Assembly: GCA_046732235.1 (NCBI GenBank)
Contig: JBKPMQ010000323.1
Span: 1 to 29,340 of the forward strand
Origin: Actinomycetota bacterium
Lineage (GTDB): Bacteria; Actinomycetota; Thermoleophilia; Gaiellales; JAICJC01
Length of the DNA: 29,340 nt
Direction of reading: 5' to 3'
A model generated the notes under the pieces. It did no database searches. It was not told the DNA's origin and was given only the letters and a program-made list of their open reading frames with translations. Positions 1 through 10,700 of the stretch are shown here, piece after piece (position 1 is the first letter of the stretch; the number at the start of each line of letters is the position of its first letter). The position numbers were made by a program, and so were the translations under genes.

Positions 1-249
1 GCCCTCACGGGCGCCGTGCCCGGCCCGGTCGAGCACGCGGACTGCCCGCACCCCGGCGGCCCGCCGCGGTGCTGGTGCCGGCCGCCGCTCCCGGGCCTTG
101 CGCTCGCGTTCTGCCGGTCCCACGGGCTCGACCCGGCCCGCTCGACGGTCGTCGGGACGGCCGCGGCCCACCGGACGCTGGCGGCGACGCTCGGGGCGCG
201 CTATGTCGATGCCTTGCTAGATGATTTCGGGCGTCCCCTCCGGTCCTGA
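1..249 (+). CDS. C-terminal fragment of a HAD-IIIA/GmhB-like domain protein (5' end outside window)
   Basis: Open frame from base 1. DCPHPGGPPRCWCRPPLPG resembles the CxH...CxCRKPxPG metal-binding segment of GmhB/HisB-type HAD phosphatases. Confidence 0.5.
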   Translation, partial: ALTGAVPGPVEHADCPHPGGPPRCWCRPPLPGLALAFCRSHGLDPARSTVVGTAAAHRTLAATLGARYVDALLDDFGRPLRS

Positions 250-279
250 CGGCGACCAGAGATCCAGGAGGTGCTCGAC

Positions 280-888
280 ATGTCGAAGGTGCTCGCAGGG
301 ATCACGATGTCGATGGACGGCTACATCACCGGCCCGAACGACCGCCGCGGTGCGGGGCTTGGCGACGGCGGCGAACGGCTGCACTACTGGGTGTTCGGCG
401 GCCCGTGGACGTACGGAAACGAGGGCAGGGGCACGCCGGCGGCGGCCGATCAGGCGTACATCGACGAGGTGTTCTCGTCCGGCGGCGCCTTCATCGTCGG
501 CCGGACGATGCACGACGTCGTCGACGGCTGGGGCGACGATCCCGGCTTCGGCGTCCCGGTCTTCGTGGTCACGCACCGCGGGCGCGAGACGGATATCAAG
601 GGCGACACGTCCTTCACGTTCGTGACCGGCGGCCTCGACGAGGCGTTGAGGCAGGCGCGCGATGCCGCGGGCTCGAAGAACGTCATCGTCATGGGCGGCG
701 CCGACGTCCTGCGCCAGTGCCTGGACGCGGGCGTCGTCGACGAGCTTACGCTCACGATCGCGCCGGTCCTGCTCGGCGGCGGCAAGCGGCTCTTCGACGG
801 GATCGGGCGCACCGACCTCGAGTTCGAGCGCACCGAGGTGATCGAGTCGCCGTATGCCACCCATATCCGGTATCGGGTGCGGAGCTAG
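280..888 (+). CDS. Dihydrofolate reductase family (RibD C-terminal domain) protein
   Basis: MSMDGYITGP, IVGRTM, VFVVTH, VMGGADV and VDELTLTIAPVLLGGGKRLF segments; SD AGGAGG at 266-271 before ATG 280. Confidence 0.9.
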   Translation: MSKVLAGITMSMDGYITGPNDRRGAGLGDGGERLHYWVFGGPWTYGNEGRGTPAAADQAYIDEVFSSGGAFIVGRTMHDVVDGWGDDPGFGVPVFVVTHRGRETDIKGDTSFTFVTGGLDEALRQARDAAGSKNVIVMGGADVLRQCLDAGVVDELTLTIAPVLLGGGKRLFDGIGRTDLEFERTEVIESPYATHIRYRVRS

Positions 889-900
889 TACCATCGCGCG

Positions 901-1851
901 GTGATGGCAAGCGCGATGCAGGAGACGATCGCCTCGCAGCCGGGCGAGCTGCGCCGGCTGCTCGCCGACGACTCAGGCGTAGGCCCGGCCGCCGAGCGGC
1001 TGCGGGGCCGCCGCGTCCTCCTGGCGGGGACGGGGACGAGCTGGCATGCGGCCAACATCGGCGCATGGTTTCTGCGGGCCGCGGGCGTCGAGGCATGGCC
1101 GGTGCAGGCGATGGACGCTGCCCTGGCCGGGCCGCGGCCGGGGGCGGACGACGGGCTCATCCTGCTCAGCCACCGGGGTACGAAGCTGTACACGACCGAC
1201 GTCGTCGGACGGGCCCGCGCCGACGGCGCCGCGGTCGTCTCGATCTCGGGCCGCGGCTCGCCCGGCGCCGACATCGAGACGGTCGACGCGGAGCGCTCCT
1301 CGGCGTTCACCGCCAGCCACCTCGGCGCGCTGACGCGGCTGGCGCAGCTGGCCGTCGCCCTCGGGGCCGACCTGGAGCTCGCCGCGGTGCCCGGCGCCGT
1401 CGCCCGGATCGTGGACGGCCCGCCGATCGGGGTCGAGCCGCCCGCGCGGTCGCTCGAGTTCGTCGGGGCCGGCCCGAACCAGTGGACGGCGGCCGAGGGG
1501 GCGCTCAAGATCCGCGAGACGGCCTACGTGGCCGCGTCGGGCCTTGCGGTCGAGCAATACCTGCACGGGCCATCCGTCGCCGTCGGGCCGAAGGACACGC
1601 TGGTTGCCCTGAACGGCGGCGGGCCGGGCGAGGAGCGGCTGCTCGCGGTCGCCCGGTCGGCAGAGTCCTGCGGCGTGACGGTGCGGGTTCTCGAGGACAA
1701 GGCGGCCGGCGAGCTCCTGTCGGTCTTCCCGCTCACCGCCGTCGTCCAGCGGATCGCCCTCGAGGCCGCCGAGCGGCTGGGAACGAATCCGGACAGCTTC
1801 GGCCGCGACGTCCCGGCCCGCGCGCACGCGATGGACGGGATCGCCCTCTAG
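901..1851 (+). CDS. SIS-domain sugar isomerase/aminotransferase-like protein (GlmS C-terminal-like)
   Basis: MQETIASQP start, AGTGTSWHA, LLSHRG, EGALKIRE and QYLHGP motifs typical of two-SIS-domain proteins. Confidence 0.85.
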   Translation: MMASAMQETIASQPGELRRLLADDSGVGPAAERLRGRRVLLAGTGTSWHAANIGAWFLRAAGVEAWPVQAMDAALAGPRPGADDGLILLSHRGTKLYTTDVVGRARADGAAVVSISGRGSPGADIETVDAERSSAFTASHLGALTRLAQLAVALGADLELAAVPGAVARIVDGPPIGVEPPARSLEFVGAGPNQWTAAEGALKIRETAYVAASGLAVEQYLHGPSVAVGPKDTLVALNGGGPGEERLLAVARSAESCGVTVRVLEDKAAGELLSVFPLTAVVQRIALEAAERLGTNPDSFGRDVPARAHAMDGIAL

Positions 1852-2243
1852 GGCCACTCCAGGCCGAGCTGCTCGGTCATCGTCTGGCGGTCGAAGTAGT
1901 CGCGGTAGCGGACGATCTTCCCGTCGCGGAGCTCCACGATCCCGACGCCCGTGCGCGCGAACGACCGCCCCGTTGGCGCGTGCGTCCCGCGGCCGCTCCA
2001 CTCGTTCGCCACGACGTCGCCCTGGCCGATGAGCGTCAGGCTCTCGACGCGGAAGTCGGGAAAGGTCGCGGTGAAGGAGCGGCAGAGGTCGATGAGCGCC
2101 TCGACCCCGTCGATGGTCTGCCCGCTCGGGACGTCCGTCCACTCGCAGTTCTCTGCGACGAGGCGGCGGAAGGCCGCCCAGTCGCGGGTCGTCAGCGCGT
2201 CTCCGAACCGGCGCACGATCTCGATGTTGTCGTCGACGGTCAT
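1848..2243 (-). CDS. SnoaL-like/NTF2-family protein
   Basis: NIEIVRRF..., FPDFRVE, GDVVANEW, ELRDGKIVRYRDYFD. Start set at ATG 2243. Confidence 0.85.
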   Translation of the reverse strand: MTVDDNIEIVRRFGDALTTRDWAAFRRLVAENCEWTDVPSGQTIDGVEALIDLCRSFTATFPDFRVESLTLIGQGDVVANEWSGRGTHAPTGRSFARTGVGIVELRDGKIVRYRDYFDRQTMTEQLGLEWP

Positions 2244-2265
2244 GGGATTCTGCCGGTCGTGGTCC

Positions 2266-2586
2266 TCATTCGAGCCATTCGGTTTCGAACGTCGGGTTGG
2301 CATGGATGCAGACAAGCTTCGAGGGACCGGGTCCGGTGCTCGTGAACTTGTGCGGGGTGTCGGGCGGCACGATCACGATGTCGCCCGGAGCGGCGGCAAG
2401 CTGCTCGTCCCCCGAGGTGAAGGCGAGGTGCCCCTCGATGACGACCCAAGTCTCGTCGTAGGGGTGGCGATGCAGCCGTGGCCCGCCGCCGGGATCGCTC
2501 TCGTCGAGGATGACCGAGATGGTCGCGCCGTGGTCCCCGCCTGTCAGGTTTCCGCTTGGGAGTGCGTCGCTCTTGATCAAGGGCAT
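2266..2586 (-). CDS. Cupin-2 domain protein
   Basis: GPRLHRHPYDETWVVIEG and PGDIVIVPPDTPHKF cupin motifs. The real ORF is the last 106 aa of the 2266..3318 frame. Confidence 0.9.
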   Translation of the reverse strand: MPLIKSDALPSGNLTGGDHGATISVILDESDPGGGPRLHRHPYDETWVVIEGHLAFTSGDEQLAAAPGDIVIVPPDTPHKFTSTGPGPSKLVCIHANPTFETEWLE

Positions 2587-2682
2587 GAGGCCACCTTTCG
2601 GGTCTTTCACACGAATGGCATGACGGCCATGATCGCGCAGTCTGGGTACGATGGCGCCCCTGTCGGCGACCAGGGGGTTGGC

Positions 2683-3168
2683 GTGACGGCTGAGGAATGG
2701 GCACTCGCAGCGTCGGCATTCTTCTCGGGGCTCGCAGCAGGGTTCCTGGGGGGGCTGTGCATGATCGTGCGTCCGATGCAGGCGGCGATGGACGGCCGGG
2801 CCTTCCGGAACTTCATGGAGGCATTCCTTCGGTTCGCGGCGCACTCCTGGGGCAAGGTGTTCAACTATGCCTGGTCGGGCGGCATGACCCTCGGGCCGGT
2901 CGTCGCGCTCGTGCTCCTCTGGGACGATCCGGGCTCGACGTCGTTCGTGCTCACGGCGATCGGCCTGGGCATCGTGATCGTCGGTGTGCTCATCGTCTCC
3001 AACGTGTGGAAGACCCCGACCTACAACGTGATCCTGGCCTGGGATCCCGATGCCGTGCCGGCGGACTGGGAGGCGGGACGGCGGCGCTATTTCACGATCA
3101 ACTGGAGCCAGCTGGCGGTGACCTGGGCGGCGTTCGCCCTGTTCCTGGTTGCGCTGGTCTCGTTGTGA
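2683..3168 (+). CDS. Membrane protein, DUF1772/anthrone oxygenase-like
   Basis: Four hydrophobic segments; ends PADWEAGRRRYFTINW. GTG 2683 follows a G-rich SD-like stretch; start uncertain. Confidence 0.65.
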   Translation: MTAEEWALAASAFFSGLAAGFLGGLCMIVRPMQAAMDGRAFRNFMEAFLRFAAHSWGKVFNYAWSGGMTLGPVVALVLLWDDPGSTSFVLTAIGLGIVIVGVLIVSNVWKTPTYNVILAWDPDAVPADWEAGRRRYFTINWSQLAVTWAAFALFLVALVSL

Positions 3169-3205
3169 GCGGCAACGGAGCTTCAGGCGGCCGCATGCGC
3201 GGTCC

Positions 3206-3670
3206 TCAGCCGAGCAGGCGGATCGAGTAGCCGACGTCGAGCGGGTGCGGCGGAAACGGCACGACCCGCTCGTCCCCGTTGAGCCGCCAACCCTGCTTCT
3301 CGTAGAAGCGGCGCGCACGCGGGTTCTCGGCCAGGCACCACAACGACGCCGACGCGGCGCCCTGCTCGCGAAGCGCCTCGAGGGCGGCGCTGTGGAGCGC
3401 CTCCGCGACGCCGTTGCCCCAGGCGTGCTCCAGGACGTACAGCCGCTGGAGCCACCCGTCGCCGACCACGGTGAAGCCGCGATCGTCCTCGTCGATCAGG
3501 ACGATGTAGCGGGAGTCCTCCAGCTGCTTGCGCAGGTCCTCCCGCACCTCGTGGTCGGGGTACGGGAACCGGTCGGGCGGGAACACCTCCGCGAGACCCG
3601 CCAGCGACGCCTCGCGCTGGATCGCAAGGACGAGCTCCAGGTCGTTGATGTCTCCGCGGCGTACACCCAT
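3206..3670 (-). CDS. GNAT family N-acetyltransferase
   Basis: LQRLYVLEHAWGNGVAEAL (motif A) and LWCLAENPRARRFYEKQGW (motif B). Confidence 0.9.
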   Translation of the reverse strand: MGVRRGDINDLELVLAIQREASLAGLAEVFPPDRFPYPDHEVREDLRKQLEDSRYIVLIDEDDRGFTVVGDGWLQRLYVLEHAWGNGVAEALHSAALEALREQGAASASLWCLAENPRARRFYEKQGWRLNGDERVVPFPPHPLDVGYSIRLLG

Positions 3671-3717
3671 CAGCGTCAAGGGTAGTGCGACCGGAGACCG
3701 GGGGTAGGCTTGCCGTC

Positions 3718-4923
3718 GTGGCTCGTTTCCAGCGCGCTCGAGCCGAGGGCGAGGAGCAGCGGACGACGGCGGTCGAGCTGTTCTACGACCTCGTCTTTGT
3801 CTTTGCGGTGACGCAGGTCTCGGATCTTCTCCTGCATGACCTGTCGTGGCGCGGTGCCGGGCGAGCGGCGCTCGTGCTGCTCGTCGTCTGGTGGGCGTGG
3901 AACTACACGACCTGGGTGACGAACGAGCTCGACCCGGACTCGGTCCTGGTCCGTCTGCTCCTGATCGCGATCATGCTGGCGAGCCTGCTGCTCGCGATCG
4001 CAATCCCGCGGGCCTTCGACGACCGGGCACTGCTGTTTGCCGGCTCCTACGTGGCGATCCAGGTCGGCCGCCACCTCTTTCTCACGTTCGCATCGGCCGC
4101 GGCGGGAACGATGGAGCGCCGCCGCGCCGGCCGGATCTTGACCTGGTTCACCGTCGCAGGCGTGCTCTGGCTCGCCGGCGGTATCGCCGGCAGCCCGACG
4201 CGGCCGTGGCTCTGGCTGGCGGCGCTCGCCCTCGACTACACGGCGCCGATCGTCACCTACTGGGTGCCGGGCGCGACGCGGATCCCTTCCTCCGCCTGGC
4301 AGGTCGAGACGGCGCACTTCGCCGAGCGCTTCCAGCTGTTCGTGATCATCGCCCTCGGTGAGTCGATCGTCGTCACCGGCGCAACAACCGCACAGCTCGA
4401 GGTCACCGTCGCCCGCGCCGCGGCGTTTGCCGTCGCCTTCCTGACGACCGCGGCGCTCTGGTGGCTCTACTTCAATTACGTCGCGCGGATCGCGCAGCGC
4501 CGGCTTGAGTTGGCGGAGCGCCGAATCGAGATGGCGCGCGACGCCTATACGTATCTCCACGTCGTCCTCGTCGCGGGGGTGATCGTCGCGGCGGTCGGCG
4601 ACGAGGTCGCGATTGCGCACCCGACGTCGGTGCTCTCCCCGGCCGAGATCGCAGCGGTGGCGGCGGGCCCGGGGCTCTATCTGCTCGGGCTCGCACTCTT
4701 CCGGAAGCGCGTCGCCGGGACGCTTGCCCCGAAGCGCGTCGCAGGCGCCGCCGGCTGCGCCGCCGCCGGCGTGCTCGGAGCCTTCATACCGGCGCTTGCG
4801 CTGACAGCCCTCGTCCTCGCGGTCGTGGTGGCCGTGATCGCGAGCGAGCACATCGCTGCCGCCCGCCGCGCCGCCCGCGGCGAGCTCTCGCCCCTCGAGC
4901 GGCTCGAGACGGCGGAAACGTAG
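3718..4923 (+). CDS. ltrA: Low temperature requirement protein A family membrane protein
   Basis: TAVELFYDLVFVFAVTQ, WWAWNYTTW, HFAERFQLFVIIALGESI and LWWLYF motifs. Confidence 0.9.
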   Translation: MARFQRARAEGEEQRTTAVELFYDLVFVFAVTQVSDLLLHDLSWRGAGRAALVLLVVWWAWNYTTWVTNELDPDSVLVRLLLIAIMLASLLLAIAIPRAFDDRALLFAGSYVAIQVGRHLFLTFASAAAGTMERRRAGRILTWFTVAGVLWLAGGIAGSPTRPWLWLAALALDYTAPIVTYWVPGATRIPSSAWQVETAHFAERFQLFVIIALGESIVVTGATTAQLEVTVARAAAFAVAFLTTAALWWLYFNYVARIAQRRLELAERRIEMARDAYTYLHVVLVAGVIVAAVGDEVAIAHPTSVLSPAEIAAVAAGPGLYLLGLALFRKRVAGTLAPKRVAGAAGCAAAGVLGAFIPALALTALVLAVVVAVIASEHIAAARRAARGELSPLERLETAET

Positions 4924-5064
4924 GCCCCCGGCGTACGCACTACTGAGCCAAGGGGTGCGCGACGTTTGCTGGCCGTTTGCTGCCCGGGATGAGCCTGGCT
5001 GCGTGTCCGCTCACGAGAGGGCCCTCGTCCAGCAGACGTGCATTGGGCGCCGTCGTCAGCGTCT

Positions 5065-5523
5065 TCAGCGCGTCGAGAGAGTTTCGATCTGGCGCGTGTC
5101 GTAGCGTTTCCGTAGGTTGGCGATTTCGTCTGGGTCGGGCGGGCCGTCAGCGGCGAGGATGTCGGCGAGCTCGTCGAAATAGCGGTCGTGCCCTGGAGGC
5201 GACAAGATCAGCAGGAAGTTCGCGTCGGCCTCGCCTCGGTTGGCGAAGGCGTGCGGAACGTGTGGCGGCACGAAGACGGTTGCCCCGGCTCCTGCTCTGA
5301 ACACCTCGTCGCCGACGCGGAATTCAAGCTGGCCGCTGAGGACAAACCAGGTCTCCTCGAGCCGCTCGTGGACGTGCAGTCCGGTGTCGAAACCGGGAAG
5401 CGCGTTCCATTCACTGAGGCTCGCACCCGACGCGCTGTCGCTCTCGACTTTGAACACGACGCGCGTGCCGCGCAGCGAGACCGACCGCCCCTGACCCGAT
5501 TTCAGTTTGCCATGACCCGCCAC
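5065..5523 (-). CDS. Cupin-2 domain protein
   Basis: GLHVHERLEETWFVLSG and VFVPPHVPHAF; SD GGAGGGG upstream of GTG 5523. Confidence 0.9.
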   Translation of the reverse strand: MAGHGKLKSGQGRSVSLRGTRVVFKVESDSASGASLSEWNALPGFDTGLHVHERLEETWFVLSGQLEFRVGDEVFRAGAGATVFVPPHVPHAFANRGEADANFLLILSPPGHDRYFDELADILAADGPPDPDEIANLRKRYDTRQIETLSTR

Positions 5524-5759
5524 TGCGTCCCCCTCCGATCGTCACGGGTTGCGAACACGTAACCACGTCTCGGGGCGGAGGTCAATTGCGCCAGGAGGTG
5601 GCGCGACGCCCGCCGCCGCCCTTCCCAAAGTTGTTCCGGTCAGCCGTCGTTCGCGAAGCTCGCGCAGCGGACGGTCCCAGCCGGGCTGGTGGCAGACGCC
5701 CTCGATGTTGCCGTGGCTCAGCGGTCGCCCGGTGTTGGCGCGCACGTAAACCGAAGCAA

Positions 5760-5833
5760 CGGGAGCGACGGGACTCGAACCCGCGACCTCCGGCGTGACA
5801 GGCCGGCGTTCTAACCAGCTGAACTACGCCCCC
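5760..5833 (-). tRNA. tRNA-Asp(GTC), CCA not encoded
   Basis: GGGGGCG/CGCTCCC acceptor stem, anticodon arm CCGGC-CTGTCAC-GCCGG, T loop TTCGAGT, discriminator G. Confidence 0.97.
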
Positions 5834-5929
5834 GCGGTCGCACGGGCACGGCAGAGCGGCCCGGCGGCGGGCAGAGTATAGCCCCCGCTTGCCCGCATCC
5901 GGCCCATCTTGTAGACCTCCGCCTGCACG

Positions 5930-7726
5930 ATGAGCGCCTACCTGCCCATCGCCGAGCACGGCGTGATCGGCGACCTGCACAGCGTCGCGCTCGTCGGCAC
6001 GGACGGCACCATCGACTGGTTCTGCTGCCCCCGCTTCGACTCGCCGAGCGTCTTCGCCTCGATCCTCGATGCCGAGAAGGGCGGCTACTACCGGATCGCG
6101 CCGGTGAACGGCGGCTCGACGGTGCGGCAGCTCTACTTCCCGGACACGAACGTGCTCATCACCCGTTTCCTGACCCCGGACGGCGTCGGCGAGGTGCACG
6201 ACTTCATGCCCATCCACCGCGACCCGCGCCACCCGCGCCGGCTCGTCCGCCAGGTGGTGGCCGTCCGGGGCGAGATGCGTTTCACGCTCGAGTGCCGGCC
6301 CCGGTTCGACTACGCCCGTCAGCCGCACGAGGTGGAGCTCTACGACGGCGGGGCGGTGTTCAACACGCCGGCGCTGTCGCTGACGCTCGCGACCAACGTG
6401 CCGCTCGACCTCCACGGCGACGACGTCACCGCCCAGTTCGACCTCGCGAACGGCGCCAGCGCGACCTTCGTCCTGCAGCCGAACACCCGCGGGGAGAAGC
6501 TCAAGCCCATCAGCGAGGCAGCCGCGGCCGAGTCGTTCGAGAGCACCGTGCGCTTCTGGCGCGGGTGGCTCTCGCACTCGGTGTACAAGGGCAGGTGGCG
6601 GGAGATGGTGAACCGCTCCGCGCTGACGCTGAAGCTGCTCACCTACCGGCCCACCGGCGCGATCGTGGCGGCCGCCACCGCGAGCCTGCCGGAGCACATC
6701 GGCGGCGAGCGCAACTGGGACTACCGCTACACGTGGGTGCGCGACGCGGCGTTCTCGCTCTACGCGCTCCTGCGGCTCGGGTTCACGGAGGAGGCGGAGG
6801 CGTTCATCACCTGGCTCACCGACCGCTTCGGCGAGACGTCCTACGGCGAGAGCGGGCCGCTGCAGGTCATGTACGGCGTCGACGGCCGCCCCGAGCTGCC
6901 CGAGGAGCTGCTCACCCACCTCGAGGGCTACGCCGGCTCCGCGCCGGTGCGGATCGGGAACGGAGCCGCGACCCAGCTCCAGCTCGACATCTACGGCGAG
7001 CTGATCGACTCGATCTACCTCTACAACAAGTATGGCGAGCCGATCTCCTACGACTCCTGGATCGAGCTGCGCAAGATCGTCGAGTGGCTGTGCGACAACT
7101 GGGACCGGGCCGACGAGGGCATCTGGGAGACGCGCGGCGGCCGGCAGCACTTCACCTACTCGCGGCTCATGTCCTGGGTCGCGATCGAGCGGGCGGTGCG
7201 CATGGGCCGCTACCGCGGCCTGCCCGGCGACCTGGTGAAGTGGCTCGACGTGCGCGACCGCATCACGGAGCAGGTGATGACGCGAGGCTGGAACGACACC
7301 CGCGGCGCGTTCGTGCAGCACTACGGCTCCGACGTGCTCGACGCCTCGCTGCTGCTCATGCCGCTCACGAAGTTCATCGCCCCGAAGGACCCGCGCTGGC
7401 TGCGCACGCTCGACGCGATCGGGCGCGAGCTCGTCGCGGACAGCCTCGTCTACCGCTACAACGCCAAGGCGTCACCGGACGGCCTCCAGGGCGAGGAGGG
7501 CACGTTCTCGATCTGCACGTTCTGGTACGTCGAGGCCCTCGCCCGTGCCGGCCGGGTCGACGACGCCCGGCTCGTCTTCGAGAAGATGCTCACCTACGCG
7601 AACCACCTCGGGCTCTACGCCGAAGAGATCGGCCCCTCCGGCGAGGCGCTCGGGAACTTCCCCCAGGCGTTCACCCACCTCTCGCTGATCAGCGCGGCCG
7701 TGAACCTCGACCGCCAGCTGGGGTAG
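5930..7726 (+). CDS. Glycoside hydrolase family 15 protein (trehalase/glucoamylase-like)
   Basis: [52 protein letters not shown] and [13 protein letters not shown] motifs. Confidence 0.93.
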   Translation: MSAYLPIAEHGVIGDLHSVALVGTDGTIDWFCCPRFDSPSVFASILDAEKGGYYRIAPVNGGSTVRQLYFPDTNVLITRFLTPDGVGEVHDFMPIHRDPRHPRRLVRQVVAVRGEMRFTLECRPRFDYARQPHEVELYDGGAVFNTPALSLTLATNVPLDLHGDDVTAQFDLANGASATFVLQPNTRGEKLKPISEAAAAESFESTVRFWRGWLSHSVYKGRWREMVNRSALTLKLLTYRPTGAIVAAATASLPEHIGGERNWDYRYTWVRDAAFSLYALLRLGFTEEAEAFITWLTDRFGETSYGESGPLQVMYGVDGRPELPEELLTHLEGYAGSAPVRIGNGAATQLQLDIYGELIDSIYLYNKYGEPISYDSWIELRKIVEWLCDNWDRADEGIWETRGGRQHFTYSRLMSWVAIERAVRMGRYRGLPGDLVKWLDVRDRITEQVMTRGWNDTRGAFVQHYGSDVLDASLLLMPLTKFIAPKDPRWLRTLDAIGRELVADSLVYRYNAKASPDGLQGEEGTFSICTFWYVEALARAGRVDDARLVFEKMLTYANHLGLYAEEIGPSGEALGNFPQAFTHLSLISAAVNLDRQLG

Positions 7727-7730
7727 GCCC

Positions 7731-10700
7731 TCAGTCTCCTGGCCAGAGCGGCTGGGCGATCTCGACGATCGTGCCTTTCCCGGGTGCCGTCGTGATCTCG
7801 ACCCGGCCGCCGGCGGCGTCGACGCGCTCCATGAGCGACTCGAGGCCGAGGTGGTTCGTCCGCCGCGCCCGGGCGAGCGCCGCCTCGAGGTCGAAGCCGC
7901 GCCCGTCGTCGGCCACGCGCACGTGCAGGACGCCGGCGTCGCGTTCGATCCGCACCCGCACCGACTTTGCACCCGAGTGCACGCGCGCGTTCGCGAGGAT
8001 CTCGGTGATCGAGCGGAAGATGAGCGTCTCCATCGTCGAGTCGATCCGGCGCTCGAGACCGGCCACCTCCAGGCTGGTGGCGATGCCCGTCTCGCTCTCG
8101 AGCGTGTGCAGCGCCTGCTCGAGCGCGGCCACCAGGCCGTGGTGCCAGAGCAGGGCGGGGCGCAGGTCGAACGTCATGCGGCGCGTCCGCTCGACGGCGC
8201 CCGAGATCAGGTCGGAGACCTGCTCCAGCCCGCGCCGCACGCGCTCGGTGTTCCCGTCCTGGACGGCCAGGCGCACGCTGTCGAGCGAGATCACGCACGC
8301 CGACATGACCTGGATGGTGTCGTCGTGCAGGTCGGCGGCGACGCGCGAGCGCTCCTGCTCCTGGGCGCGCACGAGCCGCTCCATCAGCTCGCGGTGGCGG
8401 CGCTCGAGGGCCGCCAGCCGCTCGGCCCGCTGCTCGGACTGCTCGCGCAGGAGGACGCCGCGGCAGGTGGCCGCGACCTGATCGGCGACGGTGCGCATCG
8501 CGAGCGCGTCGGCGGCGTCGAAGCGGTCGCGGTGGCCGTCGTAGACGCCGAGCACCGCGATGCACTCGCCGTCGACGATCACGGGCGTGAGCAGCTCGGA
8601 GGGGAGCGGGACCGGCGCCGGCCAGTCGTAGGCCGGGTGCGCCTGGGCGTCCCCAAGCACGACCTGCTCGCGCGAGGCGATCACCGTGCCGACGGTGCCG
8701 ACGTCGATGCGGCGGTGCAGGCCGGCGGCGGTGGTGCCCTCGTCGCCGAGGTTCGCGACCACGACCTGCTCGCCCTCCTCGCGCAGCACCCGGATCGCCA
8801 CGGCGGCCGAGTAGCCGCGGCCGAGGTAGACGGTCTCGACGACCGCGGCCAGCACCTCGTCGATGGTCTGCGCCGAGGCGATCGCCCCTGCCACCTCGGT
8901 CGTGAGCGCCAGGCGGCTCGAGCGCTGCTCGGACTCGTCCCGGAGCCGCACCGCCCGCAGGGTGGCGATGAGCTGCTCGGCGACGGTGCGCATCAGCGTC
9001 GCGTCGGCGGCGTCGAAGCGGTCGCGGCGGTGGTCGTAGAGGGCGATGGCAGCAGCGGTCGGGCCCTCGAACACGGGGGTCACGAGCGCCGACTGGTAGG
9101 CGAGCGGCGTCGCGTGACCATCCAGGTGGCCGACGACGATCTGCTCGCGCCTCGCGAGCGCGCGGCCGCTCGCGCCGGCGGTGAGCGGCAGGCGCATCCC
9201 CTCGGTCGACTCGCCGACGCGCACGCGGTCGGTGACGACGGTGTACTCGTCGGTCCCCGGCACACCGAGCACCGCCGTGACGGCGCCGTAGTCGGTCGGC
9301 TCGAAGATCGCGTCGGCCGCCGCCCGCAGGACGGCCAGGGCGCCGTCGGCGTTCGCCACCGCGCTCGCGACAGCGGCGGCCAGTCCAAGGCGCTGGGAGC
9401 GGCGCTCCGACTCGCTGCGCAGCCGCACGCCCCGCAGCGCCGCCGCGAGCTGCTCCGCGACGGCCGCCATCAGCGCCTCGTCGGAGTGGTCGAACTGGTT
9501 CATCGGCCGGCTCGCCACCTCGATCACGGCGACGCAGCGGCCGTCCAGCATCACCGGGGTCGAGAGCAGCGAGTCGAACGACTCCTCGTCGCCCCACGGG
9601 GCGTAGTCGGGGTCGTGCTCGTGCCCGTTGATGAGGTTCTGGAGGCCGGACTTGATCGTCCGCGCCGTGATGCCCTGGCCGATCGGCCGGCGCAGGCCGG
9701 TGAAGCTCTCCCGCGACGCGCCGAAGTCGGCGACGACGAGCTGCTCGTCGGACTCCTCGAGCACGGTGATCGCCATGACGGCGTCGTAGTGACCGCGCTC
9801 ATGCACGGCCTCAGCTGCGACCCGGATCGCGCTCTCCGGTGTGTCCTCGGCCGGGAGCAGCGCCGCGATCTCGGCGGCCAGCGAGAGCCGGTGCGCCTGG
9901 CGGGAGGACTCCTCGCGCAGTTGCACGGCCCGGATCGCCGCGGCGAGGTGGTCCGAGATCGCCTTGACGAGCTCCTCGTCGTCGGTGTCGAACCAGTTCG
10001 GGTGCTCGTCGGCGATCACGAGCGCAGCCGCGCACGCCCCCTCGACCATGACCGGCGCGATGAGGACCGAGTTGTTGGGATCGCGCCCGGGCCACGAGAA
10101 GGCGGGGTGGTCGCCGGCCCGGCCCAGCCGCAGCACCTTGCCGGAGGTGATTGCGGCGCCCGGGATGCCGGCCGCCGTGGGCACGCGCAGGCCGACGTAG
10201 ACGTCGGTGCCGCGGTCGCGCGCGAAGACGGCCCGCCGCTCGCCCCGGGCCGGCTCGACAATCCAGGCGGTCAGGCCCGAGTAGCCGGTGTATCGGCTGA
10301 TGGCCTGGGCGGCGTCGTGCAGCGCCTGGTCGACCGTCTCCGGTGAGCGCAGGGCGCGGGCGACCTCGGCCACGACGTTCAGCCGGGTGGCGCGGCGATC
10401 GGACTCCTCCCGCAGCGCGGCGCCTCGCAACGCCGCCGCCACCTGCTCGGCGAGGGTGCGCATGAGCAGGGCGTCCGACTCGTCGAACTGGTCGGCGCGC
10501 AGGTCGGAGAGCCCGATCACGGCCTCGCAGCGGCGCCCAACGACGACCGGCGTCGCGATCAGCGACTCGTAGCCGGCGGCTGCCCACGCCCCGCCGGCGT
10601 CGGCGAGGTGCGACCGGCCGAGCAGCGCCTGCTTGCCGGTGCGCACGACCTGGCCGATGATCCCCGAGTCGAGCGGGTGGGTCGAGACGGCCACCGTGTC

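Noticed and set aside
1951-2682. N-terminal extensions in the ORF track (1951..3168, 2266..3318, 13573..14697, 21563..22438, 24684..25811)
   Set aside because: Domain homology and SD positions support later starts; three of the extensions run through motif copies.
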